Of a stretch of 64,000 nt of DNA, positions 11,601 through 29,000 are shown piece by piece. Every line of letters starts with the position of its first letter. Position 1 is the stretch's first letter. Made by a program: the position numbers and the translations under genes. The notes beneath the pieces were generated by a model. It saw only the letters and a program-made list of their open reading frames with translations, was not told where the DNA came from and searched no databases. This DNA is from Vicugna vicugna (taxonomy: Eukaryota): NCBI GenBank assembly GCA_013265495.1, contig MU058714.1:620001-684000 (forward strand), written 5' to 3'.

Positions 11601-14600
11601 GGGGAGCCCGAAAGTTGGTCCGCATCGTCAGTGTGGACCGAACCAAGGCCACCCCTCTGTGGTCATCCTTTGACGGGGGCCAGTTGGACCCGAGCTGGGC
11701 AGAAGGTGAGGTGGGTGGAGCTGGTGGAGGGTCTCCGGGAGTTGCTCTGGTTGGTCAGCTGGGTCAGGGTGACCCCACTCACCTAGGCCAGAGTCAGTGT
11801 TTTAAGAATCATAACTGATGTCTGTGTGTCTTTCTGGAGAGCAGTTGAGGTGCACAACTTCAGTGTCCTTTAACCAGCACTCCTGTACTTCTTGTAACCC
11901 ACCCTGATAAAACAGTCTGAAGCCACTGGTACGATCATGTGGTCAGCAGTCCCTTTAGAATAGTGCAGCGTGAACTCCCTCCAAGTGCCCAGCGTTGCAC
12001 AAACCAGTGAACCCCTCAGACAGCTGCTGAGGGACGGGTGTGGGTATGAGGCCGTGACAGAGGCCAGCACAGCCCGGACCCCCGAGCAGGTAAAACTGTG
12101 CAGGAAGATGAGCGGAAGTGAATTTAGAGGAAGGTGAATGTTCTCCTTGAAAAGTTTTCTGAGTGCGTAATCTAACCTGGATGACCAGGAGCAGAGAGGA
12201 GGGACTCAGGAGAGAGGGAAGGAATGGGGTTGAGCCCTTGGAGGCCAGGGCTGACAACACAGGAGGTTTCCAGATCGTTTAGAAGGAAGAAAGTGGGCTT
12301 CTATCCTCCTTGTGGGCCAAATGAGGAGAACAGCTTGAACTGCAGCTTGCAGAGCTGTTTCTGGGGAACCACGGGGCATCTGGTCAGCCGGCACAAGGGA
12401 ATCGCTCAACCACGGTTGGTGTGGAGCGCATAGTGCATCGTGCCAGACCCCATGTGGCCCTGCAGTTGCTGGGGCTGCACCAGCACACAAAGCAGACGCG
12501 TCCCTCGGGGGTGGGGCCGGGGACCTGGTGACACGAGGGAGCGGCCTGGCCCAGTTGCTCACAGCTCTTCTCCCCGCAGAGCCCCCCACCATGGGCTTCT
12601 GGGCCGAGAGCTGCTTCACCCTGGTGCCCTACACCCTGGTGCACCCCCGCCGGCCCAGCCAGGCCCGGCCCGTGCTCTTCGTGCCCGGGGTAGTCGGGGA
12701 GATCCTGATCAAGAAGCTGTGCCTCCTCCACGGGTTTAAGAGATGCCTAGCAGGTAGGCGCTCAGCTGGGAGTCCCGCCTGGCTGGTGGCTGGTGGGCAG
12801 GGCCTCCGCAGCACTCCATGCCTGCTTTCAGGAGGGCAGCATGGCCAGAGGAGGTCGCAGGGCAGCCGTGACAAGGACCACCAAGTAGGGGGCTGGAAAG
12901 GCAGAGATTTATTGTCTCACGGTTCTGGAGGCCAGAAGTCCGGAATCAGGACGCCCCCACAGGCCGCCCTCCCCCCGAAGGCCCTAGGGGCGCGCCCTCC
13001 GGCCCCTTCCTGCTCTGGCGGCCTGGGGTTGCGTTGCTCCAGCCTCCGCCTCCTCGCCTCTCTGTCTTCGCACGATCTTCTTACAAGGAACCAGTCACTG
13101 GACTTAGGGCCACCCTGCTCCTGTGTGACCCCATCCTAACTAGCTCCGTGTGTAAAACCCTGTTTCCAACAAAGGCTGCCTTCTGAGCTTTCAGGTGGAC
13201 GTGGATTTGGGGGGCTGCCATTCCACCCAGAGCGGCTACTGGTGGCAGATAGGCTTGTACCTAACGGAGCTGTACGGCCAAAGGGCTCTGTCCTCCTGCC
13301 CAAAGCCACTCCGTGTAGAGCCATGGAGACAGAATGGCCACTGGGGATCCTGGGTCCCAGGGGACAGAGCCTGAGTGTCCCTGCTCAGCAGGAAAGGTGG
13401 TTTGGCAGGTTGGAGAGGGAGTTAGCTCCTTGGCGCTTTCATCTGCCCACCCACCCCCACCCCATGGTGGCTCCAGGGAGAGCTGTGTCACAGCCTGAGT
13501 GTGAACAGGGCCTGCCCGTCCCTGCTGGAGTCCAGAGGGGACAGAGGGCAGCGGGCTTGGTCCATGAGGTTCCTCCAGTGAGCACCGGCTGTGTGCCAGG
13601 CTCTGTGTAGGGGGCTAGAGATAGGGAGTTCAAGAGGCCCTCGGAGGTCTGTTCTGCGCCGCTGGAGAAAAACACCTAAAGACACGGCTTAAGCTCCATG
13701 ATGGCCGGAAGCGGGAGTCCTGGGAGGGGGGAGGGATGGAGGCTGTGATCTGACGGGCTGGCAGAGTTCGTGAGCAGAACAAGGCAGTCCAGGCTAAGGG
13801 AGCAGAATGTGCAAGGGCACCGAGGCGCAGGTGGCATGATGGGGGCGGGGGCAGGCACCCGGACGTGCCGTGTTGTGTAACAGGCAAGGAGACATGACCG
13901 GGCCTGGTCCTTGAATGCCTGTGGTGAAGATGGCTTGGAGAAGGGCGTGGCTAGGGGCTGGGAGATGAGCTGAGGACCACCAGAATGCCAGGAGCCAGAG
14001 GGGGTGCAGCAAAGCCACAGTCAGGAGGCAAGGGCAGCCCTGAGCGCCATCTGCAAGCTGGGATCACCAGGATCTGGGGGTACTTTGGAAGGTGGAGGCC
14101 AGGAGGAGAGCACACTGGGGACAAAAGTACCCCTGGATGAGAACCAGTGATTTGAAATCAGAGGGATTTCTGGATGCAGGAAGTTGGATATGTGAGTTTG
14201 GAGCCTGGAAAGTGATGGGAGAGGGGTTATCTACATCTGTCCCTCCTTCCTTCCTTCCTTCCAACCATCCACCCATGTCCTGGCACTGACTGTGCACCTG
14301 CTGTGTCTGATGGTTTAGGGTGAATGTGCTGGGCACAGACTCCTGGGAGTGGGAAGAGCAGGGGCACGCAGGAAGGGCTTCCCAGAGCTGGTGTGGGTCC
14401 ATGGGGGTGGGGGTGTTTGGCACGGGCTCCTGCGGGAATAGCTGGGTGTGTGACATCCATCAACTGTCACCTGCAGAGTACCTGAGCCAGGAGGAGTATG
14501 ACACCTCCTGCCAGAGAGGGGACATCATCCAGGAGAGGGAGGCACCCGGTGGCCACTACTGTGTGACCCGCAGAGCAGTCGAGTCCCTCATGGAAAAGGT

Positions 14601-16190
14601 AAGAGGTAGGGGGGGCTCTAGAGGAGGGCGGTGGGAAAGGGCAGGAAAGGCCAACCGCTAGGGCCCCCGGACGCCCCAGGTTAGTGCTCAGCTCGTGTCT
14701 GGTTCCATCCCAGAAAGACACACCCTGCTTCTGCCACCTGGAATCCACGTGATCTTGGGCGAGCCTCTTCGCTCCCCTGAGCCTCTTCCTCTGCAGCAGG
14801 GAGCGTTCAATAAACACCTGTAATGAGTAGGATGGAGACGGCCCTCCTAAGTCCCAGCGTGCGCGTTAAGCAGCTCGCTGGAAGCAGTGGAGTTTATACG
14901 GATTCAAAGAGCTGGGGCAGCTGAGTCGGAGGCGGGACGGCCCCATCCCCCCCCCCACTCCCAAGGGGGTTGACGGAGCCGTCTGGCTCCTGGAGTTTGA
15001 GCTCCACGCAGTCTCAGTCCCAATGGCCCGTGATGTCTAGACTTCCCAAGTGAAAAGTCAAATGGATGGAAACTTTTAAAACTGTACAGCAAGCACCCTT
15101 GCACAAAGGGGCATTCCCGAATTCTCTTCCCGTTCTCCTTGCAAACCTCCGTCCTACCTGACCTTTCTCTCCCCGCTCTCGGCGTCACTCCCGGGTGTGG
15201 GCCTCCCTCGCTCCCTCTGGGGCGCATGATTTTGACCCACTTCTCCCCTCCAGAACACCCACGCCCTCCTGGATGTCCGGCTGGACAGCATCTGTGTCCT
15301 GCACAAGATGGAAGTCTTCCCCATCATCATCCACGTCTCCATCAATGAGAAGGTGGCAAAGAAATTCAAGTAGGCACCCCCCTGGGGGCTGGTGGGGGGG
15401 TCAGAACGGGCGCCGGACCTCACTGTAAGGCCCACGGTGAGCACGTCCAGAGCCCATGACAGTTCTCAGGAACTCACCCTTGCCAGCCCCCGAAGTGTCA
15501 CAGGGCAGTTCCCCCGCAACACCCAGGACAAAGGCCGTACGGCTCACGCCCGGGGAGCGACCCAGAGCGAGGTGAGACCCTAGAACCTGCCTGACCTTGG
15601 CCAAGGCCACACGTTTCCTGGGGCGCAGCTGGCAGTCAGTCGTGTCAGGGGAGGACGCAGGCTGAGAGCTCCCACTTGGATCAGGGCTAGGGCAAAGCCA
15701 GACGTCCCGCTGCCCTCGTTACAAGCTGAGGACTGAGGCTATAAACTAGACCCCTGCCCCCAGTCAGCGCACATCTTCTGGGGCCTGAGTCACAGCATCT
15801 TCATGAAGCACTGGGCGCCCCTGAAGCAGGCTGCTGCGTCCAGGGGCGTCTGGGCAGCTTCTGCATCATTGGTCCGTCCGGATTCCGAGAATTCCGAGCC
15901 AGTGTCCAATTCCTGGGGCTCTGTGCTGGGAGGCCAGCGTGCTGCTCTCCCCAAGCTGCCCTCCTGTCTCTGGCCCCTGCAGGAAGGCCCTGCAGCGGCT
16001 TGGCACCACGGAGGACCAGCTCCTGGAGGCCGCCAGGCAGGAGGAGGGCGAGCTGGACAAGGCACCCTGTCTGTACAGCAGCCTGGCCCCCGACAGCTGG
16101 AGCGACCTGGACGCCCTGCTTGGCTGTGTCCGCCTGGCCATCGCAGACGAGCAGAAGACGGTTGTGTGGACAGAGCAGAGCCCCCACTGA
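1584..16190 (+). CDS. CARD14: CARD14/CARMA2 (coiled-coil, linker, PDZ-SH3-GUK), 5'-partial spliced CDS, 17 exons
   Basis: Exons 1584-1751, 2835-2954, 3548-3673, 4079-4222, 5226-5327, 5846-5982, 6071-6165, 7817-7877, 8102-8294, 9720-9837, 10008-10245, 11256-11319, 11591-11705, 12580-12753, 14477-14598, 15254-15369, 15983-16190. All AG/GT bounded and phase-compatible, 2301 nt = 766 aa + stop. Recognisable peptides [47 protein letters not shown]. Confidence 0.96.
2835..2954 (+). CDS. CARD14: CARD14 exon, coiled coil (AEKDILEQ...ERQRKQ)
   Basis: ccag| and |gtaagc, 120 nt. Confidence 0.93.
3548..3673 (+). CDS. CARD14: CARD14 exon (YWEEKEQ...QKERDQ)
   Basis: ccag| and |gtaccg, 126 nt. Confidence 0.93.
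4079..4222 (+). CDS. CARD14: CARD14 exon (AYLARD...SLPPG)
   Basis: gcag| and |gtgagt, 144 nt. Confidence 0.9.
5226..5327 (+). CDS. CARD14: CARD14 linker exon ([12 protein letters not shown]...DDGSPSE)
   Basis: gcag| and |gtaagg, 102 nt. Confidence 0.85.
5846..5982 (+). CDS. CARD14: CARD14 linker exon ([22 protein letters not shown]...PWSF)
   Basis: tcag| and |gtagaa, 137 nt. Confidence 0.88.
6071..6165 (+). CDS. CARD14: CARD14 linker exon (SCPEIL...DYEIVDQA)
   Basis: tag| (NAGNAG) and |gtgagt, 95 nt. Confidence 0.87.
6557..6774. repeat. Minisatellite, 63-bp unit x about 3.5
   Basis: TGCTTCTGAC unit starts at 6557, 6620, 6683, 6746. Confidence 0.95.
7817..7877 (+). CDS. CARD14: CARD14 linker exon ([20 protein letters not shown])
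   Basis: ctag| and |gtgagc, 61 nt, phases fit both neighbours. Confidence 0.85.
8102..8294 (+). CDS. CARD14: CARD14 PDZ exon 1
   Basis: [34 protein letters not shown]; |gtgagt. Confidence 0.95.
8645..8676. repeat. (GT)16 microsatellite
   Basis: Directly visible. Confidence 0.95.
9720..9837 (+). CDS. CARD14: CARD14 PDZ exon 2
   Basis: [20 protein letters not shown]...[11 protein letters not shown]; tcag| and |gtacac. Confidence 0.9.
10008..10245 (+). CDS. CARD14: CARD14 SH3 exon
   Basis: [25 protein letters not shown]...VPNYT; |gtgagt. Confidence 0.95.
10480..10655. mobile_element. MER20-like hAT DNA transposon relic
   Basis: Recalled consensus-like motifs ACTGACATTTGG...TGCAGGATGTTGAGTGGCATCC...GTGACAACC...TGTCTCCAG. 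Confidence 0.6.
11150..11245. repeat. 40-bp tandem repeat x about 2.4
   Basis: GGGCC(A/G)GGGCGTCCTC at 11150, 11190, 11230. Confidence 0.9.
11256..11319 (+). CDS. CARD14: CARD14 exon ([12 protein letters not shown]...ARK)
   Basis: gcag| and |gtgagg, 64 nt. Confidence 0.9.
11591..11705 (+). CDS. CARD14: CARD14 exon ([14 protein letters not shown]...)
   Basis: cag|cag tandem acceptor, |gtgagg. Confidence 0.88.
12580..12753 (+). CDS. CARD14: CARD14 GUK exon ([15 protein letters not shown]...FKRCLA)
   Basis: gcag| and |gtaggc, 174 nt. Confidence 0.92.
12860..13230 (-). mobile_element. MLT1-like ERVL-MaLR LTR
   Basis: ATTTATTGTCTCACGGTTCTGGAGGCCAGAAGTCC motif. Confidence 0.7.
14477..14598 (+). 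CDS. CARD14: CARD14 GUK exon (YLSQEEY...VESLMEK)
   Basis: gcag| and |gtaaga, 122 nt. Confidence 0.93.
15254..15369 (+). CDS. CARD14: CARD14 GUK exon (NTHALLDV...VAKKF)
   Basis: ccag| and |gtaggc, 116 nt. Confidence 0.93.
15983..16190 (+). CDS. CARD14: CARD14 terminal coding exon
   Basis: [21 protein letters not shown]...VVWTEQSPH then TGA. Confidence 0.94.
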
Positions 16191-16207
16191 TGCCCCCCCG
16201 AGGCATA

Positions 16208-16213
16208 AATAAA
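16208..16213 (+). terminator. CARD14 polyadenylation signal AATAAA
   Basis: AATAAA 17 nt after the CARD14 stop, in an AT-rich patch. Confidence 0.7.
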
Positions 16214-16237
16214 TTTAGAAAATGAACTTTGGCATAT

Positions 16238-16243
16238 TTTATT
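16238..16243 (-). terminator. SGSH polyadenylation signal (TTTATT on + strand)
   Basis: Minus-strand AATAAA about 700 nt downstream of the SGSH stop. Confidence 0.7.
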
Positions 16244-16948
16244 AAAATAGAAAGCTTTTACAATGCTCTGGCCTGCGGCTTCCTCCCCATGCCTCCAAGG
16301 ATGGAGTTGATGGGGGTGGGAGCCCACCCACTCAAGAGAAAAAGCCCCCTCTCTGGGTTTTCCCTGGCGGAGCCTCTGCTCCCGGGTGGATGGAGGCAGG
16401 GCAGGTCTAGAGCATTCCATGAGCCACGTCTGTGCCACAGACTTGTGTTCATCCAAGCAGAACTGGCCCAGCTGGAGGATGGGGTGTTTTCATCCCTGGA
16501 CTCTCAAAAAGGACAAGCTCGGCCACTGCAGACCCCAGGCTAGAACTCAGCCCTCAGGGAGCCCGCCAAGAATCAGCGGCCTCGGGGAGCCCAGCCCGAG
16601 GGGCGGGGCCGGGCTGTGGGCAAGGCAAAGGACAAAGACAAGCTCGGGCTTGTCAGACCAGGGCTGACAGACAGACGCTGTCCCCACAGCGAGTGAGGTC
16701 TGCTCCCGCCCTCCGCCCCTGTGGCACTCGGAAGCCTGCATCCCCTTAGGTGGAGGGCACAGGAGCGTCTGTGGGTTCCAAAGAACCAAGAGGCTCTGAA
16801 GCCCCTTCTTCCTGCAGGCCCCCAGACCGCCCTCGCCTCGTCACGGGCTGGGGACCCTGCCCCAGCCGGGTGCGCCCCGAGATGCCTGTGCCGGGACATG
16901 GCTCAGACCCAGGACAGCGGGTCCCCGGCCGTGGGGGCGGGCTGGGCC

Positions 16949-23646
<6,698 letters not shown>

Positions 23647-23760
23647 GGCGGCGGCTCCGGCCGGGCCCCGCCCCGCGGTCACGTGAGCGCCGGGCCCCGC
23701 CCCGGGTCACGTGCACGTTAGGCCCCGCCCCGAGCCCGCCCCCGCTCCCGGTCTGTCTGC
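23647..23760. promoter_or_regulatory. Bidirectional CpG-island promoter SGSH/SLC26A11 with GC boxes and two CLEAR/E-box motifs
   Basis: GTCACGTGAG 23678-23687, GTCACGTGCA 23706-23715, several CCCCGCCCC boxes; CpG island about 23450-24190. Confidence 0.85.
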
Positions 23761-23812
23761 GGTTTCTGCAGACCCGCAGCGGCTACCGCGGAGACCCTAG
23801 CTGCGGCGTCCG
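23750..23812 (+). other. SLC26A11: Probable non-coding first exon of SLC26A11 (5' end approximate)
   Basis: Strong donor CCG|GTGAGT at 23812/23813 inside the CpG island, upstream of the ATG exon. Confidence 0.6.
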
Positions 23813-24869
23813 GTGAGTGCGCGGCGGACGGCGCCGAGGCCCGAGGCGAGGTGGGCGAGCTGCCAGAGACGGGCCGGGGTCGCTGGTGGGCGGCCGACGC
23901 GGGGGGCGGTGCGGGGTCCCAGGGTGTGGGCGCTTCCCGCGGGGACCCCGCTTTCCCACCCACCGCGTCCCCATCCAGGTTTCCGCCACCTTCCGTCTTG
24001 CTGGGGCCGGCGGGCTGCGGACTGTCAGCTAGCCTGGGGTCCCCACCCTTAGACCTTAGCGTCCGGGCAGTCGGCTTCAGGGGTGGGGGACAGGGTCTGT
24101 CCAGAGCGACCCCGCCGGGGCAGTGGGTAGGGGGTCGTCTGGGACCGGCTCTGCGCGCAGGGGGCGCCGGGGCCGTAGAGGATGCGCACCCTGAACTACT
24201 GGTGGAGCCTCTGACGTTTTCCCAGAACCTACTAGAATCTTCAGCGCTCCTCTAAAGATGTGAACGCCACAGGTGGGGGTTGGGGTGAGTCAGGATGGGA
24301 GACCCCCCCACTTCGCGCCGCAGTCTGCCGTAGTGGGTGGAGCCTGCTACAGTGCGCACTTGGAAAATCTCGAGGCGCTCAGAGCCTCCAGTCTTCCCAC
24401 CCACACCCCCCAGCCAGACTTGGGTGCCCCCCGTGGACCCTCCTTTTCTCTGCACTGCTCCCCTTTAAATTCTCAGGGTAGGGGGAATATAAAGGGAAAC
24501 AGTTCCCTCGGTAGGAGAAACCTTGAGTGCAATTCGCGTTTAGATTTATCACTGAGAAACTGTTTATTATTATCTTCCAGCCACAGTGGTTGAAGGCAGA
24601 GAAGGCACGCAGGGTCTGGGCAGGTGGGATTCAGGGAGAGCAGTGGACAGGAGGGGGTGCACTCCACCTTTGATTGAGGCTTCTGCGCAGGCTGTTGGCT
24701 TCTGTCTCAGATCAGCAGGGTGCGAGGAGATTTAACCCATCTGGCTCACACCCTTTGTTGGGGAGACCAATTGTGCGTCTCCTGACGTCCCTGGACCCCC
24801 ACCCTACCGCTGGCTTTTCTGCAGCCCAGGTTCTGACTTCTGAGCTGTTTCCCCACCCCCACCATAGAC

Positions 24870-25103
24870 ATGCCGTCTTCTGTGGATGCGCTGAGTCCGG
24901 CCAGGCCCCTGCCTCCGGGCCTGGCCCCGATGTCCTGCTGCTGGTCCACTGAGACCATGCAGAAGTGGCTGCCCTTCCTGGCCTGGCTGCCCAACTACAC
25001 CTGGTACGCGCTGAAGATGGACTTCCTCGCCGGGATCTCAGTTGGGCTCACGGTCATCCCCCAGGCCTTGGCCTATGCTGAGGTGGCTGGACTCCCTCCT
25101 CAG
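24870..25103 (+). CDS. SLC26A11: SLC26A11 coding exon 1
   Basis: MPSSVDAL...AYAEVAGLPPQ |gtgaga. Confidence 0.94.
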
Positions 25104-25973
25104 GTGAGATTTCTGCCCTGCTGTCTGCCACATCCCCTCCCCTCAGCATGACCCCACTCCAGGCCTCAGCACTGGCCCCAGAGCAGATGGAAATGCACAG
25201 TATTTCCTCCAGGCAAAGGGGCACCCAGGGCTCCAGTCCCATGGGGCTCAGGAGGCCTTGGCTTACAACCTAGAGCATATGACTGATTTGGGGCAGACCT
25301 GTACCTCTGTGACTCCTGTTGTCGCACTTGTCACACGCAGGCACCAGGCTAGTTCTGGATTGCCTGAGGGGGCCAGTGGGATGACTCACCGTGGCTAGTA
25401 GACACTTTCTCAGACTCAGATTCGAACATCAGCACATGGGGCCCTGGTTGGGTGTGGGTGGAAAGGAGGCCCCTCATCACTGCGGGTCCACAACCATGGT
25501 AACAGGGTGAGCACAAGCCCTGCTTGTCTGCACTGCTGTGCCCAGGATCCGCCGTGGGGACCACAGGTCCCTGAGCTCAGGTGTCCACTCCAGGGACCCC
25601 GTGGGTGCACCGAGTCCTTCCTGGCTCTTCAGTGCTTTCTCTTCCAAACAGTATGGCCTCTACTCTGCCTTCATGGGGTGCTTCGTCTACTTCTTTCTGG
25701 GCACCTCCCGAGATGTGACTCTGGGCCCCACCGCTATCATGTCCCTCCTGGTCTCCTTCTACACCTTCGGCAAGCCCGCCTACGCTGTGCTGCTGGCCTT
25801 CCTGTCAGGCTGCATCCAGTTAGGCATGGGGTTTCTGCGCTTGGGTAAGCCTTTCAGGCCTTTCTGCCATGGGGGGTGGGCTGCGGATCTGCTCTTCCTG
25901 GGGTTCCTACCGAGGCACCTCCTCCTGGAGATGCCCTGCCCTCAGCATTTCCTTCTTTGCATCCCAAGGGCTG

Positions 25974-26011
<38 letters not shown>

Positions 26012-29000
26012 TCAGGAGAAGTGGCCCTCAGTCCTCCCCTGTTGTGCTTCGAGGCCAGGACATTTGGAGAAGTGCCTGGGACCTCAATCCCTGGCCTCTC
26101 TTTCCTGTTCTCCAGACTAGCCCAAACAGGGCATACCCCCCACTATTCCTTAGCCCCTGTCCCACCCATACCACCTCTCCCAGCCCACATCCACCTGTTT
26201 CCTCTGGGTCCCAGTGGGGCTAGGCCAACTTGGTGTTTGCTCTTGGCTGTCCAGGGTTACTGCTGGACTTCATCTCCTGCCCTGTCATCAAAGGTTTCAC
26301 CTCGGCTGCCGCCATCACCATCAGCTTTGGACAGATCAAGGTAGGCACATGAGTTGGCCCCGTGGGCACCTGCTGGCTAGCAGGACCAAGGCGGGGTCCT
26401 GTGTGTGCTGGCCAGTCAGGCTCTTGCTACTTCAGGGCCCAGAGCCTGCAGTGCTGGCCTGAGTCTCCAGTAATAAAGTGACCCCTCAGGAGAGGTGCTG
26501 AGCAACGGCCAAATTCTACAACAGGTGATTTGGGGAACCAGTAATGACAGCCCCTGCTCTTGCCATAATTTTCACCCGAGTGCTTGGTTCACCTCGCAGA
26601 GTCTTGCTGCATTTACCTCATGCTCAGCCACTGGCCTTCACAGGTCACAAGCATCCTGCCAAAATTCCAACGAGCAAATTGTCTCCACATGCTAACTTAG
26701 CTAGGTGATTTCATTTTTATGTCTTTTTTTTCCCAACTTTTGTTTTCAAATGCCAGTTCTTTGTGTTTCCGTTCACACACCTACAAGAAGAGCCGGAATC
26801 AGTGATCATGGGTTTTTCCCCCTCCCCCAGGTCCCAAGTGCCTGGGGGGCAAGCACTGTTCTGCTGCCAGTGTGGCCCCCATGTCCTGAGCTTGGGTGTT
26901 CTGAGTGGAACCCAGCTGAATTGGACAGACTCGGGGCCAGCCCCAGCCCCGACCCCAGGGCTCTCCAAGGCGGGCCCGTGACAGGCTTCCCTGATGGAGG
27001 CTGAGTGAGAAAGTGAGAGCATCGGGCCCAGGGCGCTGTGGGGGTGTGAGGGTAACGCAGCTGACAGGTCACTCCATGCTGGGCGACCGATGAAGCTCGC
27101 CCTGTGTTCCATGCTCACAAGTCCCCCTGGGAGGTAGGCTTATCATCATCTCCATTCAGAGATGAGGAAGCAGCCCAGAACAATGTGGGTAAACTCGAAT
27201 TATAGATTATGTACACACATATGTCAGGGTGTGTAAGCTTGGCAAATTCTGTTCCGTGGGACGATCTGTCCTTTATTCTGGAAACATCCTTCATTTTTAG
27301 TGTCAAGAATGTTCTTTTTTCATAATGCAGGGAGAGGGTACCTTCTGTGTGCATTCATGTTTGGCAGCCCGAGGGTCAGGCCCTCTGAACCTTGACTAAG
27401 TCATGACAGCCATCTGAGAGCCTCTAGGCTGCGGTGGGTTTGGGGGTCCTCCTGACCTGCCCACGTAGGCGCCCCCTGCCTGGGACAGAAGCCCCTGTCC
27501 ATGTCTGCCCTTCCCCATCCGCGCTATGAGCTGGGCGGGTTTTGGGGGTTTTGGAGCCTGACCGTCTTGGGAGTCTGGGCCTCGACTTCCCCTTCTGATT
27601 AAGAGCCAAATGAACTAAAGCACAGAGTAGCGCCCCCTTACCCTCCCGAGGAACCCCTCCAGCGCCCTTTCTTGGAAGCCGGTGGAGCCCACTCTCCTCG
27701 CCCCCGCGCTCGCCCCCGCGCTCGCCCCCGCGCGGCTCAGCTTGCCGCTAGGCGAGATTTTTCATTCTGGCAGGGGGTGGTGCTTGGAGGGCGGGCCTCT
27801 GAATGACGGGCGCGGCCTAAGGCCAGTGGCGACACGGTCTGTCCAATGGAGGGCGGGCCAGTGAATAATGGATGGGACCACGAGCCAATAGCGGCCGGGC
27901 CTGCGGGGAAGCGACAGTAGGCCCGGAGTTCCGGACACTGGACGCCTGGCGAGGGCGCTGTCGAACGGGTGTCCGCTTTGCAGTCGCCTGCATTGATTCT
28001 CCTCGAATAGAAAAATAATTTGCAAAGACATGCCATTGATCCCAAATGTGAAATGCCCTCTCCACCCGGTCCTCCCCGCGGCTGCCCTTGGGGGCTTTGG
28101 GAATGGACAGATGACCTCTGGAGAGCCAGGAGATGTTCCTCGAGGAAGGGCTTTTGGCGGGGTAAGGGATTCCAGGTTTAAGACTTGCTGAGATGCTTGC
28201 TGTAAGGGAGTGGCCTCAGCTTTTTACTTTGGGGAAGGTTGTCTAATCAGAATCTCTGTTTGAACAGAACCTGCTGGGATTGCAGCACATCCCCAGACAG
28301 TTTTTCCTGCAAGTGTATTACACCTTTCGCAACATCGGAGAGACCAGGTACCTGTTGGCTGTTTTTCAGCCCCGTCTTAAAGAAGCTCTTCCTTCATGGC
28401 TCTTATGTTGGCCCTCTCCCCGTTTCCACTCCCAAGTGGCATTTATTCCAGACCCCTGGAGCCTTGCTGCTCAAGCAGAGGTTCCCTGAGCAGCACTGTG
28501 GATGTCACCTGGGAGCTGCTTAGAAACGCATGCTCAGGCTGCTGTCAGCCAGCTTGGGCTGCTGAATTAGTCAGGTTAACGAAAGCCCTATGTGGTCAGA
28601 ATGCACATGGAACTTTGAGGAGCTCTGCTCAGGTGGCCTGAGTTGGGGTCAGCGTGGCCCCATGCAGAGCTTTCTTGGGCAGTTGGAGTGGGAAAGGACC
28701 ATATAGAGGAAAGGCAGGCAGGTTGTCACAGACAGGGTTCCTGGTTTAGTGAAGAAGAGACAACCCAGGCAGGGGCAGGCGGGCAGGCAGGCATGCAGGT
28801 GCCCGGGAGACAGTGGCAGATGGAGAGGATTTCCTGCAGCAAGCACTTCCCTTAGACAGTGGGGTCCCTCCAGTGGCAGGCAGGGTAAAGGGACAAACAG
28901 GAGGTGCTCCTAGGTGCACCCAGCCGGGGACCAGGACATCTCTGGCCGTAGTGACAGGAGAAGAAACTCATCTGGGCGGGCTGTAGGGTTAGCTGCCTGG

